Below, piece after piece: positions 32,560-64,000 of a stretch of 64,000 nt of DNA. This stretch comes from Octopus vulgaris (lineage: Eukaryota), in assembly GCA_951406725.2 (NCBI GenBank), contig OX597830.1:47926001-47990000 (forward strand). Direction: 5' to 3'. The position numbers and the translations under genes were made by a program. The notes beneath the pieces were generated by a model, which saw only the letters and a program-made list of their open reading frames with translations, was not told the origin of the DNA and made no database searches. Position 1 is the stretch's first letter. Each line of letters starts with the position of its first letter.

Positions 32560-33435
32560 TACAATGAAAACAAGGCGGCAGAGACTTTTAACATCGATCC
32601 AGACTGACTTTGAATGTCGTACTAAAATCCCTTCCGCAACATCTTTTAACCACCAAACATTGAAGTGCATCACTTGGCCACATTTGCATACACGCGGCAG
32701 ATAACACTCTTTGTCTGATAATCTAGAATATATGTCCAAAAATGTCGCACGACTCTACCACAACATATCAGCAAATGAAAGGATGAACGTATATCAGCAG
32801 AAGACCATGCATGGATATGTTAGCAGAAAGCTTCGGGATGATAGTAACATTGATCATAAAAGCAATCAGCCATGGACCAACGACCGGACTACAAACTCTC
32901 ACACTGACCGCTATGCTTTTGCAATCCAAGAATAGGAAGTATCAAACAAATGCTTGATGCAAAAAGGTTCAAAGATGCGGGTAAAATACCAAACTATGAT
33001 AACCGATGCAGACTTTCTGAAGTTAACCCCATGCTGTCACCCACATCATAAGCAGTTGTTCGAAGATGTCATCGCGGTATTATCAACCGATGTGATATGA
33101 TGTGATTAAGACACTGTATAACAAGATCCGTCGGAAGGGTAACCCTGAGACCAAAGAAATAATAATCCACAGTTTGCTAGAGGCCATAGCCACTCATAAT
33201 AAGGAGTACTGATGGAATGTCCCAGTGAAAACCTCAATAAAATTTAAGCATAATGGGACTGACATAGTGATTTGTGATGGAAAAGAGAAACTGTATACAG
33301 TTGTGGAAATTAGCTGTTCAGCGGATGTTAACATAAAGATCAGCGAAAAAGAGAATACCAACGATGAATTATTGAGAAATATACTGTTACTCTACCCCGA
33401 TTACAAGTTCAGATTTATATCTCTAATTATTGCCC
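32560..33435 (+). mobile_element. Dong/R4-like LINE C-terminal region (zinc finger + RLE)
   Basis: TMHG, AFAIQE, HIISSC, HNGTDIVI..VVEISCS..KE. Confidence 0.8.
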
Positions 33436-34059
33436 GTACCAGAATATATAAAACACGTTGCCCTAGCGTCAGTCATGAGAAAGTCGAAACAGAAAGATGT
33501 GGCATATGCTACAGCCGTTTCGCTACTGACTAGAGTTTGAAGCTTGTCCTAGTTTTAAAGGCGAGTTCATGACTGAAAATAGTATACGTTTTGAATCGGA
33601 TTTGATTGATAGAGGATAGTCACATGACTGGTCTTAGAAACGGATATATGTATATCTTAGAATGTTTTTTAGGTTCCCCGCTACGTGTGTGTGTTGGGAT
33701 CAAGTGACATGTTTGGCACCGTAAGTTAAGGCTGACACGGTTGATTGAACATATCCAAATGATCAATGCTTTGAATGTTTTCTGTCAAGTGTTTGAAGAG
33801 AATGAACACGTGGTTAAATTTTTACATTTCCTGCTACGTCCGTGCGTTAGTGTCACGCGACATTATATTTTGTACAAAAGGTTTCTCTATATTATGGCAT
33901 CAGTAATCTAAGAATTACTAGCTTAAGACTCGACTAATTCTTAAAATTTACATTAATTTTGCATGAAATAATAGTCATTTCGAAAATTAAACTGCTCTAA
34001 GGCCTTCTACACCGAGTATTTGAGAATATTATCTGTGAAGAACTCTTTGGATATTGAGT

Positions 34060-35288
34060 AACTTCTGAATTTAATGCTCCGGTCCAGACGTGTTTTCCAC
34101 TACTCGAAGCAGTCCTGCAATTCGTGATGTCTTTTATCGTCTCCGTCGTTTTTTTTTTTCTTCAAATCCTTCACATTTGCAAAACATTTTTCTTTTAGGA
34201 CCTTTTTCTTTCGGGGCAACAAAAAATATTACAGGGAGCAAGATCGGGTGAATATGGAGGGTAGGTAAACGAGGTCATGTCATTTTTGGTCAAAAACTGT
34301 CTCACACTGAAGGCGGAGTACGAAATTTCTTTGTCGTGATGAAACCACCACCCTCCACTCTGCCACTGGTCGGGACGTTTTCGTCTCGCCGTGTCTCGCA
34401 AATGCCTCGGAACTGCCAAGCAAAATGTCTGGTCAACAGTTTGACCAGGAGAAACCAATACTGTGCGGACAATTCATTTCGCATGAATGAAACAAATCAG
34501 CATCGTCTTGAAGTTGGCCTTCACGTGACGTACTTTAGTAGGGCGTGGTGATATTTAATGCTTCCATTGACTTGAGTGCCCTATCGTTTCCGGGTTGTAG
34601 ATATAGCACCAGCCTTCGTCGCTAGTGATGGCTCTCTTAAAAAATTTTTTCGATCAACTCCCAACTGTTCTTTCACTTTACGACACGCACATATCACGAC
34701 TGATTTCGATCTTCCGTGAGCAAGTGAGTCACAGATTTTGCTGCAACTCTTTCATTCACAATTCCTCGCTAAAAACTCATTGGCAGGAATTCCGGAACAC
34801 ATAAGTTATATCAACGCGTTCATCAACTGTTCGGCAACGGTCCTCCAAGACCAGTTCATGAATTTTCGTGATGTTTTCATTCGTTCAGGAGGTCGACAGT
34901 GGCCAAGAACGAGGTTGGTCTTCATGCGACAAGTGACCGTTCCTAAAGCGTGAAAACCTACTCATAAAATTGTGTTTTGCTCATAGCAGCGTCCTTGTAA
35001 GCTGTTCGAAGCATGGCAACTGTTTCGGCCGCCGGTTTCCCCCAGCAAAAAACAGAATGTCTCGGAAGCACGCTGTCCCTTCGTTTCATCCATCGCAATA
35101 ATCGACGAACAAGGGAGAAGTACTGCAAAACAAAGAGGCACCACGTGACAGTACGACTCTTGACAACGGCACCAGTCGGCAGGAGGATGCCCGAGGGGCG
35201 CATCAAGTGGCTTCTAGCCGTAGAAGCCTAAACTATAGCGGGTACGTCCCACAGACAACGTTCCGTTTACTTTTGGGTACCCTTCGTA
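34060..35288 (-). mobile_element. mariner transposon, degraded
   Basis: PGQTVD, WWFHHD, YSPDLAPCN, HTH-like start, TIR TA-CGAAGGGTACCCAAAAGTAAACGG. Confidence 0.9.
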
Positions 35289-35399
35289 TTGATGTTTATA
35301 AATAGTTATGATGGTGCCACTGTCATGCGCGGAGGAATCGCTGGTGTTCAAGCGAAATTGCTTGTCGCAGCCCGATCTGCAACTTGTGTCAGCTTCCAC

Positions 35400-35900
35400 C
35401 AACTGAACCTAGATGTAGATAACTTCTTATCAAAAATGTATAGGCTATCGGGAAATCTTTCGTCATACAAAAGCAACTTTAACTGTTTATGGATCGATTC
35501 AGACTGCCTCAGTACAACAAGTGCTTACAGGAAGAAAAACGAGGACAACCAGCAGAGAAGAAAATCTTCTCCTATACACGATGGGTCTGTCAGCAGGGAC
35601 CGTGCTATGTTGTTCATTATGAGCTTTACTTTATTATGGACATCTCCCTCATTTCAGTGAGGTTATCAAGTCATGGGAGAGGCAAATTAAAGACAAGTGC
35701 TTCTATTACGATTGTCTATGAAAGTTTACGCTGGGCTACAACACAGCGATCGGGTCTCCACTGCTCCAGAACTTTAATCGCCTGAAATGCAATCCCTGAT
35801 CCAATTTTCCCAACAGATGTCAACACACAAATCTTCAAACTAAGCATTAACCGTATCGATCTCACCAATCCATAAAGACTTGCAAACACAATATCCACCG
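35400..35900 (+). mobile_element. CR1-like LINE 3' fragment
   Basis: Weak similarity to LINE ORF2 C-terminus (RSHG-like motif, A*NAIP for WNxLP). Confidence 0.4.
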
Positions 35901-36409
35901 CCACCTCTCCTCGTCAAGAAACTATAAACAAAGAATCCAATATTAATCTAAAACTAAACAAATGAAAACAAAAGGAACATTTTACGACATGTATGGTCAG
36001 CATTGCAATTTATGTTTTTCACAGCAAAAAACTATTTTAACTTTTCGATAACCTGAAAGAAATCGTGGGGCTTCTAAGTTTACGATCAAATTTCTATTAG
36101 ATTTCGTTTTCCGTATGATTGATTTCGTATTTCGGTTTAACGTATTCTTCGTTTAACCTGTACTTATAAGTTGCAAATAAGTTGCTGAAACACAAACTTT
36201 CGTCCATAGAGAAAAATAATAGATTCTTATTTTAATTTCGCTTTATAATCCTTAATAAAAACAGTTTAGATCAGCCAGCTTAAATAGTTTCCGAGAGACC
36301 AGAGCTAAAACTCAAATTAGCAATCATGTTCTAAGATAAGACTAATTTAGAACGAAAAACGTTAGCAATTAAAATAAATCAACAAAAGAAATAACTGAAT
36401 TAAATTGAT

Positions 36410-36415
36410 TTTATT
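36410..36415 (-). terminator. Polyadenylation signal AATAAA of gene B
   Basis: Homologous position to the signal in gene A. Confidence 0.55.
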
Positions 36416-36526
36416 GACAAAGAAATACACATTTTATCTTATGTAATTATTATTAGCAAACGTGATCCGTTGAAGACTTGCTCACATTTCATGGAGAAGT
36501 AATGTTTGGGTGAATTCCATTAAAAT

Positions 36527-54759
<18,233 letters not shown>

Positions 54760-54989
54760 CCTGTCTGTTTTCTAGGTAGAAATGGCTTTCAAGAACGAGA
54801 TGTTACTTGTTTGAATTTATCCTCTTAATGAAGGATAATCATTAGATGAACTTCGTATCGATTTATCGCTATTAGCTGGCATTGTATTCCACAACTGAAG
54901 TGTTTGTATCTATTCAATACATTTTATAAAGATACTCCGGGTGAAAAGGTATTGACGTAACGCTTGAGATGGCATAAGATCACCAGATG

Positions 54990-55044
<55 letters not shown>

Positions 55045-55056
55045 CATATATATATA

Positions 55057-55103
<47 letters not shown>

Positions 55104-56630
55104 GTGTGGTTGTGTGTGTGTGTGTATGTGTGTGTGCTTTTGCATGTATATGTGTATGCATGTTTATACTACTATACAAAAATACCAACAACTTTATCAA
55201 AAACAATGAAAGCAACCATTAATAAATTTCGTACCTAAAGACTTTGCCGTTTTTCATCTTTTAAAAATTCCAATAATTCTTAAATGTGACATTTCCCGCT
55301 GTGAGTTGAAAGTAAAAGGTCGCACTCATTTATAAAGTATATTTCCCCTTTCTCATTACTTTCTCTGTAAAAGACAGATTCTTGCTGTGTCACTGGCAGC
55401 GAGTATAATAGCATGGGGTCTGTTATATATTTTCATCATGTACAACTTCAACGTCCATCTTCCTTTTACTTATATTAAATTTAATGTTTTTGTAGCCTTT
55501 ATAGAGTTACTTGAATATGTATTTCATTGACTTGGTAGTCGGAAATATTTGCATATTTACATGCGCTTTGAAAGTACGACATTGGTCCTTTCTATTGAGG
55601 ACTACACACCTATTGTTAACTTTAATAACTTGTATTGTCCCACCTTGGCGTCACCTGTAGCATGGATAACCATTGCCATTGGCTCATGTTTCTTCAAGAA
55701 ATTCGCTAGGAATCTTCTTTGACAGTGTCCGTTCACCATGCAACATCCTCTCAGGTGTCTTTCACTCTCAGGCCCATGTTTCTTGTGCGTTGTTTTAGAA
55801 TATCATGAAACAAATGCTCAGTTTCTACGACAGAAACTTCGCTGCTGCAAACAATCTGATCTATTTGCAACGAGTCATCTGCATGTAATATTATTTTATA
55901 TCCTTGTGTTCGATATATAATTTAACAACTTCTCGCTATTATTACTATTACCTGAGATTCAACGCTCTCAATCACGGCTCACAGTGAACTGCTTACCAAC
56001 TTGACCTGCCAATCGGTACACTCAATTAAGGACGTAATAATCTAATTTTTTCGAGTACATATTTTACGTGCTCTACGTGTTCATCCCTGGATTCGTTTTT
56101 TTAATGAGTGTATTATCCAGATATGGAATTGCAAATTCAGTCTGCTAATATTGCATCCAAAATCTGTTGAAAAATATTATGAGAAATATTAAGACAGGAA
56201 ATGGTGAGAGGAAGTGGGTTAATAATGAGAGTTGGGTGGGGTAGTAGAAACGGAAAGTTGCGAGATGAGTGGGAGGGGTGGGATTGATAATAATGTGCGA
56301 TCAAAGTGGTCCATACACTTTGGTTTCGTAACGCTAGTCTCTCCACATGTCCCTCCGCTTTAATATGGTGAAGGGAGATTCGTTCGATGAAATTATTTCA
56401 TGCGGCGTTTATAAACCAAAAAAGTCAGTATGTATGAGAGGTGAACATATTTATTTAACCCTTTGTCCCACTTTGTATTACGGCCGTTTCGCAGCCGTCT
56501 TTATGTAACAAAAATCTCAGTGTATAAAAAATTATGTTTACATGCCTGCATCAATGCTACGCATTTTACAATTCAGGTGTATATTCACAAATCAAGGCAA
56601 AAGGAGGAAGCCAGCTCATCAGATAACCAG

Positions 56631-57129
56631 AACAGCATGGTTACATCAACGATTCGACTCTGAATATACATACAAGATTTTCACGTTATAAATATACTGA
56701 ATTGTAGACCGGGGCTTGGTAAAATTAGCTCGGTATGAAGAGTAAAAATAAAGAATATGTTGTATCATATCAATGAATGTGCTAGATTTAAGTTCAGTTC
56801 AGGGAATTCACCGTCCTTAATGTTATAAAAAAAAACAGGAAGGAATGAGGAGAGAGAGAGAGAGGGTAAAGTAATTATAGAACAGCATGGTTACATCAAC
56901 GATTCGACTCTGAATATACATACAAGATTTTCACGTTATAAATATACTGAATTGTAGACCGGGGCTTGGTAAAATTAGCTCGGTATGAAGAGTAAAAATA
57001 AAGAATATGTTGTATCATATCAATGAATGTGCTAGATTTAAGTTCAGTTCAGGGAATTCACCGTCCTTAATGTTATAAAAAAAACAGGAAGGAATGAGGA
57101 GAGAGAGAGAGAGGGTAAAGTAATTATAG
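56631..57129. repeat. Tandem duplication, 250 + 249 bp
   Basis: AACAGCATGG...GTAATTATAG at 56631-56880 and 56881-57129. The only difference seen is one A in a homopolymer. Confidence 0.95.
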
Positions 57130-57429
57130 TAGATATAATAAGAAATGAATAGCTTTCGAAAGTATATAAAACTATATATAAGAAACATAAATGAATTAAA
57201 TAGGCAAGAGACAGCTGGAGATGTTAAGATTAAACCAAGAAATAGTATTGAACCAAAGCGGACCTAAATTTTAATCACATTTTCTAATCAAACCTCAAGA
57301 TATTTTCTAACTCAATGAATTGTAGTGAAAGCAAAACCAAGGATGGTTAAATGTATACGGGTGTGTATGTATAAGTGTATATAAATGTACATACATCCAC
57401 ACACATAACTACTCCTTCGTACATGCATC

Positions 57430-57461
<32 letters not shown>

Positions 57462-57577
57462 CATACATACATCATACATACATACATATATACATACATA
57501 CATACATCATACATACATACATACATACATACATACATACATACATACATACATACATACATACACACATACATACA
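57430..57577. repeat. (CATA)n microsatellite
   Basis: Direct reading. Confidence 0.97.
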
Positions 57578-58318
57578 AAGATCCCCAAACAGTTAAAAGA
57601 GAGTAGACAGCCACTGCACAAATCAATTATTCAGGACTACAAAAATGCGCAACATCAAACCAGTTGCACACTAATGTTTGTGATCCCTTTCAAATGTGGT
57701 ATATAAGTTTTATCGATACAAAATGAATAAATATCGATCTACTAATCATTGCAGGAGCTACACTTCTTATTCTTCGACTGCAATTTCATTCGCACTTCCT
57801 ACAAATTCCATTGACTGATATTTAACTTTGTTGATTCCGGGATGATTGACCTCATCGCGATTTCAGTACAAACTGTAACGAAAGGCCGTAACGAAGGACT
57901 ACATCAGAGGGCGATAACGAAAGACCATAACAACGGACTGTAACATGGGACGGTAACTAAGGGCCGTAACTAAGGACAATAACAAAGAGTGGTAAATATG
58001 GTCGAGATCGGAAGAATATGAACTCAGTGCGTAATGACAGACGAAATGCCTCTCACCATTTTCCCCGATGTCCAAATTATTCTGGCAGCTGGACGCCTTT
58101 CTTTTAGAAATTTCATTCTGATTCAAATATTTAATTGTTTCAGTAATTAGGCTGAGGTCATGGTGGGGCATCGCCTTGACGCAGTTGCGGTCGAGTGCAT
58201 TGAAGCCGGTAATTATATTTCTTAAACTTGGTACTCCTTCTATCTGTCTGTTTTATCGAACTGCTAGCTTACTGGGATGCAAACACACCTACACCGGTTG
58301 TCAAGCTGTAGTGGAAAG

Positions 58319-58364
<46 letters not shown>

Positions 58365-58859
58365 ACACTCACATATATACGACACCATAATTCATTCCTC
58401 CATAACTTCCTGCTTCACTGAGCGTCGTTCACAAATAACCTAGAAGCAGACTCGACACGTACGTCTGCCCTGAGCTGAGGCCTCGAAAATATCAGTCATT
58501 AGGAACTACCTGGTCTCTCTCTAAAACACAAATATACAATTACAGAACTACGCTCAATATAAGAAGATGCTCTATATACGTCCCGTTGAGATATTAGAAA
58601 TAGTACCTTAATCACACTCTACCGACTTAAAATGGAAAAACAGACTGGCTAAGACGGAGTTGCTGCAGTTGGAAAGCTTTTGGTCAAAGGTCTGTTCCAT
58701 CGAGAACAATCTTCTACTAAATAACAGAGATAAGCCTTCTACGACACCAGATCAATGCATGAACAATACCCAGCTACAAATTCAGGGTTATACAATTTCA
58801 CGTTGAGATGTCACATTCTAAAACTGCAACCCTTGAACTGAAATTTTCTTCGAGGTCAG

Positions 58860-59125
58860 ACTATGCTTCACTCTTGATTCAACAAAGCAGTGCCAACTCC
58901 TACGAGTAGAACAGGTTTGCAGGAGCAGAAAGAAAACGCAAGCTTCACAAGTCTCGAGCCAACTTCAACCGTCCCAAGCAGACCACCAGTGCCTGGCTTG
59001 CAGGAGGGCCTTCAGGGCACGCATCGGACTGAGCGACTACAGCGAGACACACTTTACCTCATCTCTTTCTTCCATCTGATCTTCGTAGTCATCATCGACA
59101 ACGACGGACGAACTAATAACTAACA
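58860..59125 (+). mobile_element. RTE-clade LINE 3' end
   Basis: HQCLACRRAFRARIGLSD, the C-terminal zinc-finger-like motif, followed by a short UTR. Confidence 0.7.
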
Positions 59126-59767
59126 CAACAGCAATGGCAGCCTAATCTCTTCTACATTATCATTGCTTGGTTATGAAGTTCGATTTGCAGCTACGTTGTT
59201 TCGGGTTCGCACTCACTTGGGCAAATATGATTTCTGAAAACTGAAAGAAGCCCGTTGTATATATGTATTTATGTATCCGTGTTTGTTCTCCACTACCGCT
59301 TCGCGATTGATGTCGGTATGTTTACATCACCGTAACTTAGCGGTACCATAAGCAGACCGATAGAACAGGTACAAGGATTTAAAAAAAAAGAAAAAAGGAC
59401 TGATGTCGATTCATTCACGTAAAATTCCTCAAGGCCGTGTCCCAACTTGGCCGCAGCCTAATGACTGAAACAAGTAAAAAGTAAAACTGAAATAGTGATG
59501 ATAAGACTGCATTAGCCCAATTACTGATATTATTTTAATCATTTTACTAAGCAAAACAGACGTCGTCAAGCTTGTTTCTGCCTTGTTCAGCCTCCATAGC
59601 GATGCAAAAACTGAACCCTATATACCAAAGTAGATGTATATTGTACTAAAAAAAAAAAAAACAACGCTAAAAATTGGTGTGCTAATTCAAAAATTTATAA
59701 TAATTATAAAGATTGATTTTTCAGAGACGCCTTCCGCATAAAACAATGCAGTCAAGTTATCAATATA

Positions 59768-60000
59768 TATTTCCTTACTACCCACAAGGGGCTAAACATA
59801 GAGGGGACAAACAAGAACAAACGGACGGATTAAGTCGATTACATCGACCCCACTGTGTAACTGGCACTTAATTTATCGACCCCGAAAGGATGGAAGGCAA
59901 AGTCGACCTCGGCGGAATTTGAACTTAGAACGTAACGGCAGACGAAATACAGCTACGCATTTCGCCCGGCGTGCTAACGTTTCTGCCAGCTCGCCGCCTT
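59768..60000 (-). mobile_element. tRNA-derived SINE, full-length monomer
   Basis: Reverse complement of the unit at 62240 (AAGGCGGCGAGCTGGCAGA...GTGGGTAGTAAGG). Confidence 0.9.
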
Positions 60001-61144
60001 CTATTTTTAAAAAAATACCTTCAGTTGGATATCAATTTGAAATATTTAGAGGCTGAATATTTTAACCAAAAGGTAAAACAGAAGAAAAAAAAAACTCTTT
60101 TTATCTCTGTACAGCAATTTCTAAATAGCAGCGTGTTCGGAAGAGATGAAGCAATTTTTGAAATATTTAGATATGATAAGGAATTTAGATGTACAAAAGA
60201 CAGCATTTGTTTGCAACACGGTTACGACGGTTCGAATATAAAAAAAGCGAGTTTTGATCTATTTTATAATACTAGAATGATGGACAGAAAGTTTTTAAGT
60301 GTAAAGTGAGAACTAGAAGAATTGGTGGAACGTTGGATAAACTGAGTTCCATTCTTCTGTTTTATTATTCTTTTACTTGTTTCATTCATTAGATTGCAGC
60401 CATGCTGGAGCACCGCCTTGAGGAATTTTCGCCGAACTGACTACAGTACTGATCTTGAAGCCTGAAACATATTCTATTGGACTGCTTTGCCGAATCGCTA
60501 AGTTACTAGGTCAATCGCTAGTGGGAGTCAACCACAGACACAAAGGCACACACACACACACAAACACACATTCTATTAAATAAACTGGACATGGGGATGA
60601 TTGTATTCTTTCTTTCTCGAGATTCTCAGCCAAACGGCTGGGTGGATTCGCGTATTATAAGACTCTATTAGTACTGTATCTGTCAAGCACGCAGTGACCG
60701 ACAATAGAATGCTATAGTCGAGTCTACTGGGTGTATGACAATATATGCTTAGGATGCGAATGAACGTGTAAGGGTCTTGTGGCCGTTTGAGTGGTGATCG
60801 CGTCTTATCGGTTAATTTTTAATTCAATCAACCAATGAGCGATAGTTTGGCATGCAGCTGTCTTCGAGAAATTTTTTCTTACTCATTTTCGCCATCTCGC
60901 TTTGCATGGTATGTGGTTTTAAATTTTGCTAATGATTTTCTAAAAATTAATATTATTGATAATTTTTAAAATGCATTTCTTTATAGTACAGCTTATAATA
61001 TACGAGCTACTGTTCAGTATCTTTCCATATGATAATAAACAAATAATATTGTAACAGTTACACTATTCAATAGGTCGGCGTTTGGATGTCACTTTATTAG
61101 AGGTTGCCACACCATTAGGAGAAATACGGTGCATATATAGAATA

Positions 61145-61504
61145 CTAATAATATCGCCCGGCGTTGCTCGGGTTTTTTTCGACCCTTTAGAATTTGAATA
61201 TAGCTTGTTATTCTCTTTAAGTGAACATTTTTCTGCTTGAAATACGCCGAAAAATGGCGACACAGCAGCCAAAACTCGTAAAAAATAGGGATTTTCATAG
61301 AAAAAAAGCACCTTTTTATGTAAATAATTTTTGGTCTTAACATGGTCTGATTTGAAATTTTCTTCTACTTAAGGAAGAACAAGCCTTCTTCTATCATACT
61401 CTCAATTTTGGTCAACTTGCGCCTCAGGGTTTCGGAGGAGATAGTGTTAGTTGAAGGCTACCTAACCTGTCATACACAGACAACTTCAGCTTTATATATA
61501 TAGA
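61145..61504 (-). mobile_element. Non-autonomous Helitron, related to 25712-26105
   Basis: Same 3' hairpin CCCGAGCAACGCCGGGCGATA. 5' end TCTATATATATAAAGCTGAAGTTGTCTGTG. Confidence 0.8.
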
Positions 61505-61529
61505 ATATTACAAGCGTTGCCTTAGAAAG

Positions 61530-62235
61530 TACGAAACTAGAACTGAAAAATGCGAACGCTCAAAAGGCTTGCAGAATGTTATAATAAACCTTTAGAAAGT
61601 ATAGGAGTAGCATTCTTACTCAAAAATATTGGAATCACTATATCACTATAAGTTAGATTATCGTATATTCACTTTTAACAAAACGTTTGTGAACAAATAC
61701 ATCTTTAGGCGATAATTCAATCTACCAATGATAATTTATATAAATTTACAAGTAATGAATCAAAAATAATTTTGTAGTAATTTGTTTAATTCGCATAACG
61801 ATTCCATTAATATGTGTATCATAAGGCAAATTCTCTTTGCATATAATTGTTTTGGTTTATTACTTTCGCTGTTATATAGATTCGACTTCATCATAAATCC
61901 AGCTTCTTTTATTATCATGAAAATTTGCATGCAGTGTGAAATATGGTTTTATATACTTTGGTATCAAAGTATTCAAACGAATTTACTTATTTGAAGTTAA
62001 AGATCATATTTTGTACATTTCCAGATTTTTTTAAATTTTATTAAGAACACGGTTTAATAATTATCGTGACATCGTAAGTCACACATAAGTCCCTTTTCGT
62101 TTTAAAATGCCATACAATGTACAATATATAGTGATTCCAATAATTTTGAGCAACAATGCTATTCCCATACATTTAAAGGTTTATCATAATATTCTGTAAC
62201 CCTTTTGAACGAGCGAATTTTTCAATTTTAGTATA
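61530..62235. mobile_element. Old MITE or foldback element with imperfect inverted termini of about 120 bp
   Basis: 61550-61650 (CGCTCAAAAGGCTTGCAGAATGTTATAATAAACCTTTA...GGAATCACTATAT) is the inverse of 62125-62220. Confidence 0.75.
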
Positions 62236-62239
62236 CGAA

Positions 62240-62830
62240 TAAGGCGGCGAGCCGGCAGATTCGTTAGCACGCCAGGCGAAATGCATAGCTGTATTTCGTC
62301 TGCCGTAACGTTCTGAGTTCAAATTTCACCGAGGTCGACTTTGCCTTTCATCCTTTTGGGGTCGATTAAATAAGTACTAGTCATGCACTGGGGTCAATAT
62401 AATCGACTTAATCCATTTGCCTGTCCTTGTTTGTCCTCTCTGTGTTTAGCCCTTTGTGGGTAGTAAAGAAATAGGTATTTCGTCTGCCGTTACGCTCTGA
62501 GTTCAAATTCCGCTGAGGTCGACTTTGTCTTTCATCATTTCGGGGTCGATGAATCAAGTACCAGTTACGCACTGGGGTCGATATAATCGACTTAATCCGT
62601 CCGTTTGTCTGTCCTTGTCTGTCCTTTCTGTGTTTAGCCCCTTGTGGGTAGAAAAGAAATAGGTATTTCGTCTGCCGTTGGGTTCTGAGTTCAAATTCCG
62701 CCGAGGTCGACTTTACCTTTCATCCTTCCCTGGTCGATAAATTAAGTCCCAGTTGCGCACTGTGGCCGATATAATGAACTGTTCCCCCCCCAACACCACC
62801 ACCACAAAATTTTGGGCCTTGTTCCTAGAT
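62240..62830 (+). mobile_element. Head-to-tail array of 3 SINE units
   Basis: Full head at 62240, then units restarting at GTATTTCGTCTG near 62476 and 62663. Confidence 0.9.
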
Positions 62831-63887
62831 TAGAAAAGGATTCTTGTATATGAATGTGTGTATGCACGTATGTTTGTCTGTACCTAGAGTATGTATGCGT
62901 GACTGAAAAAATGAAAGCATCTGCTTCACTTCCGGTCAGGGAAACCCCATAAGATATTTGATTCAAGTTATTAATCAGAAAGAGTTAAAAGAAACAATCA
63001 AATTCAATTTGTCGCCTGCTAAAAATAATTTTATATTGAAGTATATTTAAATAGGAACAGAGGAGAAGGGAGCTGAATACGACGACTTTAATATTTTTGA
63101 TAACATGACCACCAATTAAGAACCGATTTTGGATAAATATCTTGGTCTTCTATAATAATTCCATTCAAATTTCGGGCCCTCTAAATGAATGTTAAAGTGA
63201 ATTCGAGGAAGAATGAAATAGCAAATTTGATTTGAGTGGGATATGAACTTAAGATGGGAAGGATCGTAACTAAATACTGGATGCGATTTTGTCTCTCACA
63301 TTATTGATTCTGCCTATCCTTGAACTAAATCGAACATCTTAAACTGAAACATGATTGTAAGATGAAAAGGAAAAGCCCTGCCTATTTGCGTGTTAATAAT
63401 TCATCGGCCGATCAATTTCATATTTTTGCATTCGTTCTATAGTTTAATGATTTCTAACTTTGAGCCAAGGACACGTGTTTGTAGGGAAGGTGTCCAGAAC
63501 ATAAAAAAATTCAAGCAACCAACCCACAAGGACTCAAACCACAGGCTTGTTGACAAATAGTTCTGTCAAAATCCAAACAATGAGGTTTAAAAGGTAATAA
63601 GTGAATATAAACAGGTGCATACAGGCTACACTTTCAAATAAAAACTATGATCACAAAAAATGGCTTCAAAATGTGAATAAATAAATACGAGTTTGAAACG
63701 TGACAACGCGATCGATAATGTTGTTTTTCGACACTTGGCGTTATCTGTATTATTCTGTTGTTTTATATCTAAGGGTGTAACTTAGGAACCAATTCGACAT
63801 AATCTGATAGAGATAGAAAAAGGATATTTATATTGTTCAAAAGAAAAAGTCAGACATAATGAAATAGCTGATATTAATATGATATGT

Positions 63888-63942
<55 letters not shown>

Positions 63943-64000
63943 GTCAATCTACCTAAACACACATACACACAAACGTACATACATAAATATACACACACAC

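Overview
AT-rich, microsatellite- and transposon-dense animal DNA. The SINE, Dong/R4 LINE and microsatellite landscape looks like an octopod cephalopod (inference from recognition, not a search). Most ORFs in the track are microsatellite translations or broken retroelements. Reading GT-AG splice sites on the minus strand reveals two tandem, intact, six-exon paralogues (A: 29616->11810, 278 aa; B: 54759->36527, 275 aa). Each encodes a secreted protein: a signal peptide built from two micro-exons, then three PAN/Apple-like cysteine domains and a Cys-containing linker. All five introns are phase 1. Exons 1-3, 5 and 6 are about 88-100% identical at protein level, but the middle PAN exon is only about 40% identical, which suggests a swappable or hypervariable recognition module. 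Two hammerhead-ribozyme folds were also found, one a U3-A8 core variant in sense orientation in intron 1 of copy A only. Other content: Dong/R4, CR1-group, Tx1/L1 and RTE LINE remnants, a Gypsy remnant, mariner and Tc1 remnants, three non-autonomous Helitrons, MITEs, tandem SINE arrays and a 250-bp tandem duplication. All identities and counts were done by hand and are approximate.
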